Of a DNA stretch of 64,000 bases, positions 40,693 to 54,425 are shown in pieces. Positions within the stretch are counted from its first letter, which is position 1, and every line of letters begins with the position of its first letter. Both the position numbers and the translations under genes were made by a program. Under the pieces are notes generated by a model, which had not been told where the DNA came from, searched no databases, and saw nothing but the letters and a program-made list of their open reading frames with translations. The stretch is from Octopus vulgaris (taxonomy: Eukaryota): positions 33,604,001-33,668,000 of the forward strand of contig OX597823.1 in NCBI GenBank assembly GCA_951406725.2, given 5' to 3'.

Positions 40693-41397
40693 TGTTCTTT
40701 CAATTGCCATCCATCAAATCCATCTCAAGGCTTTGATTGGTCCTGGACTATAACAGAAGATATTTACCCTGGGTGACATGCAGAGAGACTGAACCCAGAA
40801 GCATGTGTTGTTGGGAAGTAGATTTCATACCACATTGTCACACCTGTGTAACTAAATCACACCTGTGTGATTTAGTTATTTGGGACAGAATAGGCAAATC
40901 ATGCAGTCACTGAATTCATCTGCTCAGCAGGTGTGACCACCTCTTCCAAAATTATTGAGAAGGAAAGTATTTATGGACAGCTGCTTTGAAACCATCAGCT
41001 CTTGTTTGATTGTAAATTCACGTTTACACTAATGACTATTGATGTACTTAATTATGGTAGAAAGTGACAATTTGGAAAAGCTAGGATTTGAGGGCAAAGC
41101 AGGATACTGACATGTATTTTGCAAACAGAATCTGCAAGCAGAATAGTAAAAATATGTGAAAATTTTTGAACGTTCAAACATGTAGCAATTATGGATGTTG
41201 TTATCTAAATTCCAGAAATGGAAACTGCTTGTTTGTTAGGAAGCAACTCCTTCCATGTAGGAAGAATTCTTATAAAGGTAAACAGACATAAACTGCTGTA
41301 AACAGAAATATGCAAAGTCTACACTTTCAGATTCTCACACTAACACATTCAAGGTTATTTCTCCTACACATTCATCTCTATTTCCCTCTCTCATACA

Positions 41398-41469
<72 letters not shown>

Positions 41470-41547
41470 CACATACAAATACACATATGCAGAACATGAA
41501 GACATGCAGTTGAGGTTTTTTTAAACACAAACACATTCACATGTGTT

Positions 41548-41588
<41 letters not shown>

Positions 41589-42532
41589 TATATTTATATA
41601 TGCTCACATATGCACAGCTTCCACATATAAACATGCTGGTATCTGATATGACAATGTTCATGAATAAAATGTCTTGCAATGTGTCTATCAAATACTAATT
41701 TACAAAGCTGTGTGTGTATATATATATATATACACACGTTTATATACAAGACGTGCTTATTTAGTAAATCTTCTGGCAAGCTAAATCATTTTGCAGAAAA
41801 ATTCAAAATATTTGTAATTTCTAAGGTTACTTAGAACCTTTGGCTCCTTGTTCTCAAAGACATGTAAAAGATACTCTGGATGGTTTGTGTGACACTACCA
41901 GATATCATCACCATCACCATCATTATCCTCATCATCATTATCGTCACCATCATTATCATCATCGTCGTCATCATCGTCATCATCATCATCATCGTCATCA
42001 CTATCATCATCATCATTGTCATCGTCATCATCGTCATCATCATCGTCGTGATCATCATCATCGTGATCATCATCCTCCCCCTCCTCCTTCTTCGACACTT
42101 GCTTTCTATGCAGGCATGGGTTGGATGGTTTCAGCAGAGATGGCAAGCTGGAAAGGTGCACCAGGCTCCAGTTTGATTTGGCATGGTTTCCTACAGGCTG
42201 CGATGCCCTTCCTAGTGCCAACCACTCTGAGAGTATGTGGTGGGTGCTTTTAATGTGACACTGCATGAGAGCCTTTACATGGCACTGGCACGCGACTCTT
42301 GCAGGCCAATTCTCTTCACCATCAAATACACTCACACTCACATAGTGCAGGAGTGGCTGTGTGGTAAGAAGCTTGTTTCCCACTTACATGGTACCAGGTT
42401 CAGTCTCACTGTGAGGTACCTTGCACAAGTGTCTCGTACTATAAGCCTAGGGCCAACCAAATCCTTGTGATTGAATTTGGTTATTAGAAACTGAAAGAAG
42501 CCCATCGTATATATATGTATACACACACACAC

Positions 42533-42572
<40 letters not shown>

Positions 42573-42850
42573 GTATAAGTTAGAGGTGTTTAAAGCCTCT
42601 AAGGACTAGATATATCCAAAGGTACTTCTGGTAATTGCCTCAGTAGGTATATTCCTTGGTAAAAGGTATACGGCAGCAGGTAATTTAGCAGGTAAACCAT
42701 AGTTTAATTTATATAGACGAGAAGAAAATGGAGGAAAAAAAATAAACAGAACTTCACTCTCATTCTCACCTTTATTTACTAATTAAATAATGGCTTACCA
42801 GCACAAAAGACACACTTCTGTTTGTTATTTTACCTCCATTTTCTTCTCGC

Positions 42851-42894
<44 letters not shown>

Positions 42895-43513
42895 TAAACA
42901 ATATATATATATATATATATGTATATATATGTATGTATATGTATATATTTATGTGAGTGTGTTTGTGTGTCTGTGTTTGTGTTTGTGTCCTCCCATGGGT
43001 TGGATGGTTTGACAGCCGATGTTGGTGTGTTTACGTACCTGCTACTTAGTGGTTTGGCAAAAGAGCCTGCTAAAATAAATGCTAGGCTTATGAAGAATAA
43101 GTCTTGGGGTTGATTTGTTGAACTAAAGGCAGTGCTCCAGCATAGCCACAGTCAAATGACTGAAACAAGTAAAAGAATAAATGAACATATATATATATAA
43201 CTATATATATAACTATATAATAAAGATATATACACACATATTTTATTTTTATTTATTCTGATTATTTAGATTGTGGCCATGCTGGGGCAGCATCTAGAAG
43301 AAATCTGATTGAACAAATCATGTCCAGTACTGATTGTTTAAAGTCTGCTACTTATATTGTATTGGTTTCTTTTGCTGAGCTGCTAAGTCATGGAGACCTA
43401 TATACACCAACACTGGTTGTCAAGGAGTGGTGGGGGGATGAACACATACACACACACACACACTCAGTGCATTTCTTGACCAATCCTATCTATAAACAGC
43501 ACACTAACCACGT

Positions 43514-43548
<35 letters not shown>

Positions 43549-44082
43549 CTCTTTCTCTGTCTCTCTCTCTTGTCTTCCTCATGTCAACTGCATCATCATC
43601 ATCCTGTTGTTGCTCTCTCCTCTTCTTCCCCAACTCATTCAGCATTGGCCATCCTCCCACCCTCTCATTCCCCACTTCCTACATCTACCCTTCACTCTGA
43701 CTCAGTCCGCACCCCCACTTACCTCTATCCTTTGCCCTACCCCAAACATTCTTGCAACCCCCCACTACCCACTCACACACCTAATTTCTGTCCCCCCCCT
43801 CCACCTTACTCCTACTCACCTTGTACCCTGAGGTACCTCACCACCTCTGTTTGTCTCTTTGATCGATTCTCCCTCTCCCCTAGATGTGGGTTGTCATGCA
43901 GCTCCTACAGCAAGAACATGCTCCACCCCCCCACCCTACCTCGCATAACTTAACACTCATTTGCTGACATCAAACCTGCCTCTCTTGGCTTGCATACTCT
44001 TGCCAGATGCATGGCAATGCCAATGGGGCCAGTGGCATGAGTAAAGCATGTGGGACACCCAGGAAAGATGTTGGTATTAGGG

Positions 44083-44128
<46 letters not shown>

Positions 44129-44289
44129 TGTATAAGGAGATAGATAGATAGATATAGGAAGATAGATAGATATAGATAAATAGATAGATAGATAGAGGGA
44201 TAGGTAGATAGATGGATGATAGACAGACAGATAGCTAGCTAGATAGATAGACAGAGAGAAAATGAGAGATGGAGAGATAGATAGATTGG

Positions 44290-44331
<42 letters not shown>

Positions 44332-44457
44332 CATAGATAGATAGATACATAGATAGATAGATACATACATACATAGACAGATAGATAGAGAGACAGATAG
44401 ATAGTTACATAGATAGACAGAGAGAGAGAGAGATGGAGAGGCAGAGATAGATAGATT

Positions 44458-44515
<58 letters not shown>

Positions 44516-46124
44516 GATGAAAATATCATCCTCATCATCACCACCACCATGCTTGTAACATCTGCTTTCCATGCTGGCATGGGTTGGACAGTTTGACAGA
44601 GCTTGGCAAGTCAGAAGACTCTGCCAAGTTTTAATGTCTGCTTCGACATGGTTTCTACAACTGGATGCCCTTCCTAATGTCAACCACTTCACAGTATGGA
44701 CTGGGTGGGTTTTATGTGGCATCTGCAAAAGCAGTGAGGTCATTAAACAGTTTACAAGGCAAGACCCACTTAACTGAAGGTAGGAGCAGTCTGGACGAAG
44801 ATGGCTTTGTGCCAGATGAAAGGCGTATAAGTAGAGGAATAGAAGTGGACATCTTGCAGTAGAGAAGATACATGGCTGCTGAAGTAGCTGTATATCTTTC
44901 TGAAGTAGGAGAAAGAGAGTTACAGAGAGAAAGAGAGAGAGAGAGAGAGAGGGGAGAAGAGGAAAGGAAGATGTGGAAAATGTGATGGTGGTGTTGGGGG
45001 TACACTCATGATACAAGAAATGTATGTATGTATAAAATAGATTAGATTGAGTAAAATTAATAATGTTTAATTTCGTATGAGTTGGTCAAATGATTTCATT
45101 TCATCAGTTCTTTTAGAGCAAAGCTCATAGCTCCTTGCAGCAAATCATTTTCATTTAAATCTAATGAAAGACATAATATTATTCTCAACATCTAATCTTA
45201 TCTTTATATTCTCCTACGTGAAATTTGAGGGCAGTTTCAAACCTATGACTGAATTTTCAGTGTTTGTTCATTTTTATTTTTCCATCTGGTTTGGAAGGCA
45301 TGTTATTGAGGCATTGTTTAACAACCAGATGGGTTTCATGCATGGGGTCACTTATTTAACACAGATTCAAAGGTGCAGAGACATATGCAAACAAACAGAG
45401 TCACATGCATGTATATACTCTCTCTCTCTGTTTCACACACACATGCACACACGAGGGATTTTTTTCAGTTTCTGTTTACCAACTCTACTCACAAAATCTT
45501 TGCTGAGCTTGGGGCTAAAGTTGAAAATACTTGCCTAAGCTGCGCAATGGAACTAAACTTGGAACCATGTACTTGCAAATTGTACATTTCATATATATAT
45601 ATATATATATATACATACATACATACATGCAAACATATATGTATACATACATGCATACATATATGCATGCATACATATATGTATATATATATGCATGCAT
45701 ACATATATATGTACATGTATATATGTATATACATATATTTATAATAAATAGAACAGATGATTTTAGCACGGCGAGAGAATATCATCATCATTATCGTTTG
45801 ACTGGACGGTTTGACTGAGGTCTGGCGAACCAGATGGCTACACCAGACTCCAATCTGATCTGGCATAGTTTCTACAGCTGGATGCCCTTCCTAACACCAA
45901 CCACTCTGAGAGTGTAGTGGGTGCTTTTACGTGCCACCAGCACGAGGGCCAGTCAGGCAGTACTGGCAACGGCCATGTTCAAATGGTGCTTTTTATGTGC
46001 CACCTGCACAGGAGCCAGTCCAGTGGAACTGGCAATGACCTCACTTGAATGTTTATATATATATATATATATTGGTAAAATGGTAAGATAACAAAGATTT
46101 TTTCATAGCGTTTTCAAATAGCCA

Positions 46125-46185
46125 GATAACCGAAGAGATGGTGTTGTGGATTTCCACTTCGGCATCTGAAACTCAGAGTTTTATC
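46125..46185 (+). ncRNA. Type-I HHR variant (CCGAAGA core)
   Basis: gataa-CCGAAGA-gatg...catc-t-GAAA-ctcagag-TT-ttatc, between (TA)n tracts. Relative at 51973-52035. Confidence 0.65.
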
Positions 46186-46211
46186 ATGACTATCGAGTAA
46201 TGTAACACATT

Positions 46212-46244
<33 letters not shown>

Positions 46245-46250
<6 letters not shown>

Positions 46251-46777
46251 AATATAAGAGAGTGGTCACTATATTGATCACTCTAGCACCAGTTAATCCA
46301 AAAGGTTTCAACCACGAAAATACATGTTTCCCATGAAAGCCAGTAAGACTGTTAGCTCACACGGACAGGGCAAATAAAAAATAACAAAAATACAGATTAT
46401 TTTGGGACAATTGTTTCGCTATTAATGAATTAAATGTAATATTACTTACAATAATCCATTTGTAGCTCGTCAGCCAAGACTAATAGCGAAACAATTGTCC
46501 CAAAATAATCTGTATTTTTGTTATTTTTTATTTGCCCTGTCCGTGTGAGCTAACAGTCTTACTGGCTTTATGGGAAACTGTATTTTCGTGGTTGAAACCT
46601 TTGATTAACTGGTGCTAGAGTGATCAATATAGTGACCACTCTCTTATATTTATTTTGTGAAAATATTATAATATGTTATAAAATATTATAATAATCCAGG
46701 TTTCTCGTAGCACTAGGCCACTTGGTGTGGAATAAATATACTATTAAATTAGTATCTAATTCTCTCACCCTTATTAA

Positions 46778-46783
<6 letters not shown>
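46245..46783. mobile_element. Fold-back HHR cassette in (TA)n
   Basis: ~180-bp inverted arms (46245-46425 / 46481-46656) plus a unique tail to 46783. Confidence 0.8.
46402..46477 (-). ncRNA. Intact type-I HHR with long stem II
   Basis: ttgg-CTGACGA-gcta...tagc-GAAA-caattg-TC-ccaa. G10.1-C11.1 pair, palindromic ACAATTGT stem III. Confidence 0.85.
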
Positions 46784-46819
<36 letters not shown>

Positions 46820-47624
46820 AATATGATATAATTATATTTACATATTATACAGCATATTATATATATAATACATACATATATATATATTTGTTATATTTAT
46901 ATATATATATATATATATATGTATTATACATATTTTGTATATAAACATATATATATATAGACACACACACACACATACATGCATATACAAATAATATATT
47001 ATGTGTAAATGAATGAGAAGAATGTTTCCAAAATCCTTTGAGCAATGCAGGTTAGCAGCTAAGCAAAATATGTCCAGGTGATGTCAATGAATGGGAAAAG
47101 AAGAAAAGAAAAGAGAAAGAGAAGAAGTATTGTCTTACATTACGCAGGTTGTTAAATGATCTCAAAATACCAGCATCGTGATGCAATCACGACAAAACCT
47201 GATATTGTTCTGTGCAACAAGAAACAAACATGATGCAATCTTGTGGAGGTCAGTCACTTACTGCTGGGGAGTGCCTCATTGAGACTTGCTGAAAAAGGGA
47301 ACATCGTTAGTGAACCCATTCAGAAAAGTTAGAACTCTTGTAACCTGCTTATCATCATCATCATCATCATCATTAATGTCAGCATTGGCATCATCATTGT
47401 TTTAATGTCTACTTTTGCATGCTTGCATTAGTGGGATGGAATTTATTTAAGGCTGATTTCCTAAGGCCATTCCTGTTGCCCACCATCTCCCCAGGGTAAA
47501 ATATTTCCTCATGACCAGGCATATTTTTTGATCAAAGATTGCCGGGTTGGATACAAGTGATACGGATTTTATGATGGAGATATGTATTTACAACAACCAC
47601 ACAAAGTCAAAACACAGACACATG

Positions 47625-47960
47625 GACACACACACACACACAAAGAAGACACACACACATGCACACACAAAAAAGACACACACACACACACAGAAGATAC
47701 ACATATACACACACACAGAAGATACACATATACACACACACACAGAAGACACACACACACACACATGCACACACACACACACACAAAGAAGACACACACA
47801 CACACACAGAAGGCACACATACACACACACACACACACACAGAAGACACACACACACACAGAAGACTCACACACACACAGAAGACACACACACACACAAA
47901 AGACACACATACATGGGTACATACTCACACATATATACACACACAGAAGACACATAGATA
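47625..47960. repeat. Compound satellite (AC)n-AGAAG
   Basis: Repeated acacacacagaag units. Confidence 0.85.
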
Positions 47961-48458
47961 CACACATCCACACACAAACATATATACATGCATTTATATA
48001 CATATATACACTGGACTTCTTTCAGTTTCCATCTACCAAATTCATTCCCAAGGCTTTTGACTGGCCCTTTGCTATAGTGGAAAAACCTTTACTCTAGGTG
48101 GCACACAGTGGGGTTGAACCTCACACCTCATGGTTGGGAAATGAAGTTCTTAACCACATTTCCATGCCTTCTATATATTTTCCTTTATGTATATTGTAAC
48201 AGTTACACCAGGATGTGTAACATGGATTTTAATTCAAAAGGACATAGCAAGCCTTATCTTAACAAGACGTATGCAAACTAGTTAACAGGTTGTTGACACA
48301 ATGCTGTAAAACTGATTTCTCTCATGATTGGGTGTGTTGTATTGAGTTAAAGAAACAACAAACTCAAATATGGTGTGAGTGTCCTTTTCTGTTGTTTGCA
48401 ACTCACAAATTCCCTTCTCTTTTTAATATAAACAATTTGCTGCAAATTTATTTCAGCC

Positions 48459-48547
<89 letters not shown>

Positions 48548-48728
48548 TATAATAATATAATAACAATAACAACAACAACGAAAAATACCTTAGCAATGAG
48601 AACGCAGGTTTGAAATTTCCCCAAGACACCTGATGAAGGCTGGAGGGTATATCAGCTGAAACGTTGTGTTAACAACAAATAAGATGTGGACAAATATCTG
48701 TCAAATGTAAATAATGTACATAATTATG
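48459..48728 (+). mobile_element. Headless (AAT)n/HHR composite copy
   Basis: (AAT)n followed by the same body as 50175. HHR at 48625-48670: gacac-CTGATGA-a-ggctg gagggtatat cagct-GAAA-cg-TT-gtgtt (palindromic ACGT stem III). Confidence 0.8.
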
Positions 48729-49776
48729 CTGTTGGCATTTTTTTATTGCACAAAGGCCTGGAAATTTTGGGATTTTGCAAGAAAGAACAATGCAAACTGA
48801 CTTGTTTTTCTCTAAGTCTGGTCTGTTTGTAGTTCAGTGAAGATTTTTTGAAATAATCTAAAAACCCTTTGATTTGGTTAATTTTTTTCTTTTAGCTTAG
48901 GCCAGTCATGGACCCTAGAACTTGCAAGGTTAAAAGTCAGTTTGGTTTCCATTGTGTATAAGTGACTGAGATTATAACAGACTGAGATAACAATAAGTGA
49001 CCCTTTTAGGGATTCCTGTCTGTCACAAGGTCGACTTCCTAGCTATTGCTGGAATTCACTTGCAATGGGATGAAGCATTGTGAAATGAAGTGTTATGCTC
49101 AAGAACACAATGGCCTGGGATTTGAAATCTTGATCTTAGGATCACGAGAGCAATATCCTAGCCACTGGGCCACATTCCTAGTTTCCAGGAGTGAAACACA
49201 AGTCACATGTGGTATACATGCAATCACATGTGTTCATATGGCATATAAACACATACATGTACATGCTCATCTACTAAAAAAAGACATAGCCTCCTTAGCT
49301 GAGGGCAAGTTTGGCTGCTCTCTCTAGATATGCCAACATATAACTCATCCACAAATGTTCAAATCCTTGAAACTGTCTCAACTCAAATCTAAAACACTTT
49401 TCCATTTAATTTTGTCACCAGCTTCAATTCTGCGATGAAGAAATTATGTAAACCTCAAAGAAAAACAATGATGCCTATATTGATTTTCTTCTTAGAAGGA
49501 AGGCGATGATTTCTTGCAAAGAAGCCAAAGCTCATCATTCGAGTTTCAATTACAATACCAGTAATTGTTACCTACCAAATTTCAGAAAAGCTTGCATATT
49601 TTTATTGTTCCATTCATAGATTGAATATCTATAACATTAATGTTAGCTGGTCTCTTTCTTTGCTTGAAGATTCTAGCTTCTCTGGATTGTCACTAAACAT
49701 TTATTAACATTACTGAATGTATTAAAAATTACTGGAATAAATGTAAATTTATAACCAGGATAGAGAATACAATTAT

Positions 49777-49892
49777 ATATTGAAGACATGAGGAATTATG
49801 TACATTATTTACATTTGATGGATATTTGTCCTTAGCTTGTGTTAACAACAAACAAGATAAGGACAAATATCTGTCAAATGTAAATAATGTAC
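49777..49892. repeat. Fold-back of the post-cleavage 3' part of the tRNA/HHR composite
   Basis: Arms 49799-49840 / 49851-49892. The sense arm begins at GTGTTAACAAC. Confidence 0.7.
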
Positions 49893-50174
49893 AGGGTAGA
49901 GAAGTTGCAGATTTTGAGACAGTTGTCCATAGCTGTTCTCCTCACAGATTTTGGAATGTGATTTTGGTAACAAAAGTATTTATATAGGAATTCTGAAGCT
50001 GTATTTATTCTACAAGAATTGAAATCCCACCATATTTTGATCCAAACAGGTTGGTATATATATATATCCTCTAATTCCAATAGTAATAAGTTTTAAAGTT
50101 GAAGGTGAATTTTAGGGGTTGGATTTTCAAACTCATCCTCACTTCAGTTCTATATTTATAAAAAAAAAAAAATT

Positions 50175-50250
50175 CCACAGGCACATAGTGTAGTAGTTAA
50201 GAGTGCAGGCTACTAACCCCAAGATTCCAAGTTCGATTCCAGGCAGTGAT

Positions 50251-50309
<59 letters not shown>

Positions 50310-50452
50310 TATAAAAAATACCTTAGGAATGAGAACCCAGGTTCGAAATTTCCCCAAGACACCTGATGAAGGCTGGAGGGTATATCAGCTGAAATGTTGT
50401 GTTAACAACAAACAAGATGAGGGCAAATATCCATCAAATGTAAATAATGTTC
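50175..50452 (+). mobile_element. tRNA-head/(AAT)n/HHR composite element
   Basis: TAGTGTAGTAGTTAAG...AAGTTCGATTCC head, (AAT)n, HHR at 50358-50403. An inverted 3' terminus TTCAGTTCTATATTTA lies just upstream (about 50143-50158). Confidence 0.8.
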
Positions 50453-51289
50453 ATCATCACTGGGGCTAAACACTGTCCCAACTCAACTGTCTGCAGTCGT
50501 ATGGTTTCTACAGGTTGATGCCCTTCCTAATGCCACCCACTTAATAGTCTACTTGGTGATTTTGGTCTCACATAATTGACATTCATCGTCAGTTGATGTT
50601 GTTTGTCTCTTCATATTTCATGCAAAAAAATAACTGGTGGTGATTTCATGGCTTTGACTAGCTTGGGGCTACTTCTCAAGGTGAGACATGATAAACTTGT
50701 TGAAACATACAATAAACTGTAACATTTCAGTAAATATTTCAGATATTTTTGGGACATGTTTATGTAAGAAATTTATTCAATATTTCGATATAATCCCTCT
50801 AGGTGGATTTGGAATAGGATTAATAGATTTAGTTTATTTTAATCCATCTGAATACTTAACCAACTGATCTAGCACAACATGACACAGAAATCTATTTGCA
50901 GCTCATGAAATATAATTTCTAACTTTTTGTTTTTTGATGTTTAATGTAACTTGTAACTAATTTTATGCATGTATATACTCATAAATATATGTGTATGTAA
51001 TATATATAATATATATAGGGGTATGTTGGTGCAAACAAGAAAAGCAGAACTCAAAATATGAGTATAAATATATTTTTATTAATATCTAGCGAAAGCAACA
51101 GAGTCACTGAAGGTTTTAAGTGCCAACACTCAAAACTCTCAGACCTTGAGTTGCTCTGTTGCTTCTGTACATATATATATATATATATATATCTATATCT
51201 ATGTATACATATATATATATATGTATGTATACATATATATATATATGTATGTATACATATATATATATATATGTATGTATACATACATG

Positions 51290-51325
<36 letters not shown>

Positions 51326-51972
51326 CACACACAGAGACACTTGTGAGTTTGTGTTTGTGTGTTAGTATTATTTTCTCTTGTCTTCACAGGTGTTTCCTGT
51401 TTATAAACAAAAACATCTCTGTCTATCACAAAAGCATGTCCTAACTTTTCGATATATATGCTGCAATGTTGTGTGATCTTAGTAAACAAAAGGCTCATTG
51501 AGACAGTGCCGTTTTTTTATCCGGTTTTCCCTGTAACTATACCAGCACTGTTTGATGCATGGGGGAGGGGTTATTACCTCCCTTAGTAAAATAAAAAGGG
51601 GAAGGTTCTCGCACCAGGAAATGTATCTGGTTGGAGAAAACTCTTTTCCAGCATTTTCTTATCTGACCTATGGAACGGTAGTTGGTGATGATGATGACGA
51701 TAAAGATGATATATATATCACTTTGAATTTAACTAAGTTTGGAACATCTTGAAAACGTGTTAACATGTATTTTTAGAAATGTTAATTTCAATGATATTTT
51801 CCATGTCTAAATATGTTAGTACAATAGAAACAATTGTTAGCTTTGTAAGGTGAATTCTACAATTAAAGACAGGATTTTCTTGTATCCATATTTTTGTTGT
51901 CAAATACTTTGGATTTCTCCAAATTCTTCAAAATGGTATTTGGATCTGTTTTCATATATTTTTGTCTTGTCT

Positions 51973-52035
51973 TAATAACTGACGAGATGCCAGAGCAGAT
52001 TTCTGCCCTGACATCCAAAACTCGGAGTTTTATTA
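51973..52035 (+). ncRNA. Decayed type-I HHR (GAAA>AAAA)
   Basis: taataa-CTGACGA-gatg...catc-c-AAAA-ctcggag-TT-ttatta. Confidence 0.55.
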
Positions 52036-52090
52036 TGGCAACCGAATAATTGTCCTATATATATATATGTGTGTGTGTATATATATATAG

Positions 52091-52122
<32 letters not shown>

Positions 52123-52126
<4 letters not shown>

Positions 52127-53042
52127 CCTTAAATCCTTAAAAATGTTTTAGCCCGAAGGCCGCGGCCATGCTGGGGCACCACCGCTGAATGAGCTACACT
52201 AGTTTGTGAATCCACCTCTGATACGTGGCACTTGATCAACAAGGAGTTCGATGCTGCTGCCCGCATCCGTGTCTCCTGTCGTGAGGTAGGTTCATCTGGG
52301 ACTCCCAACAAGAAGAGATCCAGTTTAGTTTTAAAGAAACCCACATCCACACCATCTAAGTCTCTCAGGCATTTAGGGAGGATGTTAAAGAGCTGTGGTC
52401 CTCTGAAACCCAAGCTGTTGCAGTATCTGGACCTGTATTTTGATGGTGATGTTGGAATCCTTGGCACCACGCAGCGGCGCCCCGTTCTGCGGTTGGAGTA
52501 ACTTTGAATGCCAAAGTTTGGGACAAGACCCTCCAGGATTTTCCAGATGTATATCACTGCATATCTCTCCCGCCTCTGCTTCAGGGAGAAGAGGTTTAAT
52601 ACCTTCAGTCTTTCCCAGTAGCTGACATTTTGCATTGAGACGATTTTCTTTGTGTAGCTTCTCTGAGTTGCTTCGAGTTCTGCTGTTTGTTTTATATTGT
52701 GTGGTGACCAAAGTTGGGAGCAGTAGTCCAAGCAGCTGAGGACGAATGTTTTCCATAGGACCATCAGTGTCTCCTTCTCTCTTGTTCTGAATGTTCGGAG
52801 AATCCATCCAGCTAGCCGTCTGCATTTTATCACCAGATTAGCAATATGCATTTGGAAAGATGCATCATTGCTCATGTCAATGCCCAGGTCACGCACTGAT
52901 TTTGACTCAGGGATTGCAATTCTTCCTGGGCCAGTGTATCCAGTCTTCACGTCATTTACCTTTGTGTGCCAGTAGCGCAGGGCCTGGAACTTACCTGCAT
53001 TAAACTGCATGTTGTTGTCCTCAGCCCACCTGTATATTGTGT

Positions 53043-53046
<4 letters not shown>
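52123..53046 (-). mobile_element. 5'-truncated CR1/L2-group LINE (RT C-terminus plus 3' tail) in (TA)n
   Basis: ORF has [24 protein letters not shown] and [18 protein letters not shown]. 3' tail GGTGCCCCAGCATGGCCGCGG...(TTTAAGGA)2. Confidence 0.85.
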
Positions 53047-53084
<38 letters not shown>

Positions 53085-53111
53085 ATATATATATATGTAT
53101 ATATATGTATG

Positions 53112-53218
<107 letters not shown>

Positions 53219-53282
53219 TGTGTATGTATCTAAAGTGTATGATGCAGTGTCATATATATATATATATATGTATATATATAGG

Positions 53283-53318
<36 letters not shown>

Positions 53319-53651
53319 CAGTTTTATATATATATATATATGTATGTATTTGTTAAATACATACACACACACGGGGACACACACACACACATAGATGCAT
53401 ACAAACATAAATATGTGTATAAATATATGTATATACATTTATTTAGTCATTTATTTCAAAATGTAAATTAGTGTTTGACTATCAAATGTGAGTTTTAGAG
53501 AAATGTGAAAGAAATTCATTTCCATATTTTCTGAAGAGCTCTTTGAATGGCTGAAACAATTTGCATTTTGTAAGAAAAAAATTCAATAAATTTTGTATAT
53601 TCTGTACAGAGTTGGATTGTTGATTTGACTTTGTCAAAGAATTTTGTTTCC

Positions 53652-53696
<45 letters not shown>

Positions 53697-54425
53697 TAAA
53701 TATATGTATATACATATATAACTTATAATACTTAACCATTTAACAGCCATAATCCTAATTGTGATTTTGAAATAAATAGGTATATTTTAGAGAGTATTTT
53801 CAAAGAATCAGAATAATTTTAGTATTTTATACAATATAGGGATGGAAAATATAGAAATAATTTCATATTTATATAAATATAAATCAAATTAATATAAATT
53901 TATAGTTAATTAGTAAATAGTATTTTATTGGTATTAATGAGTTAAATTAAAGGAATATGTTTAACATTTCATATATTTTCTACATGCTAATGACATTAGA
54001 ATGTATTTCTTGTGTTATAAAATAGATAGTGAATTATATCAGTATGGTTCTGTATAGGTTAAGTGCGAACTCAATAGAAATGTATTATCAGTAAGATGAT
54101 ATAGTGGGTAAATGAGTAAGATAAAATGGTTTAAAATTAAAGTGAAGGAATTTAAATATTCCTTTCTCTATCTATAAAAGATAGATTCTTGTTTATTTTC
54201 CACTAGACCTGATAGAATAGTCTTAACCCCCTCCCCCAGTAGTAAATCTAAATAGCAAAGTAAAATCAATGATAAGCAGTGTCTCCATGAAAAAATATTA
54301 ATTACTACTAAGTTTTTGTTGATGAAACTTGTTTCTTTGTCTACCTACTTACCCTCTTTGTGATGTTGGTTAATGGAATAACTATAAAAATGAATCTTTT
54401 AAATTTAACTAAATTCTATATTTCT

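Noticed and set aside
51092-51145. Hairpin aagcaacagag...ctctgttgctt containing CTGAAGG
   Set aside because: It does not form an HHR core. It is probably a small inverted-repeat remnant.
53770-54300. Very AT-rich stretch considered as a NUMT or PLE ORF remnant
   Set aside because: No recognisable mitochondrial gene or RT/GIY-YIG motif could be read.
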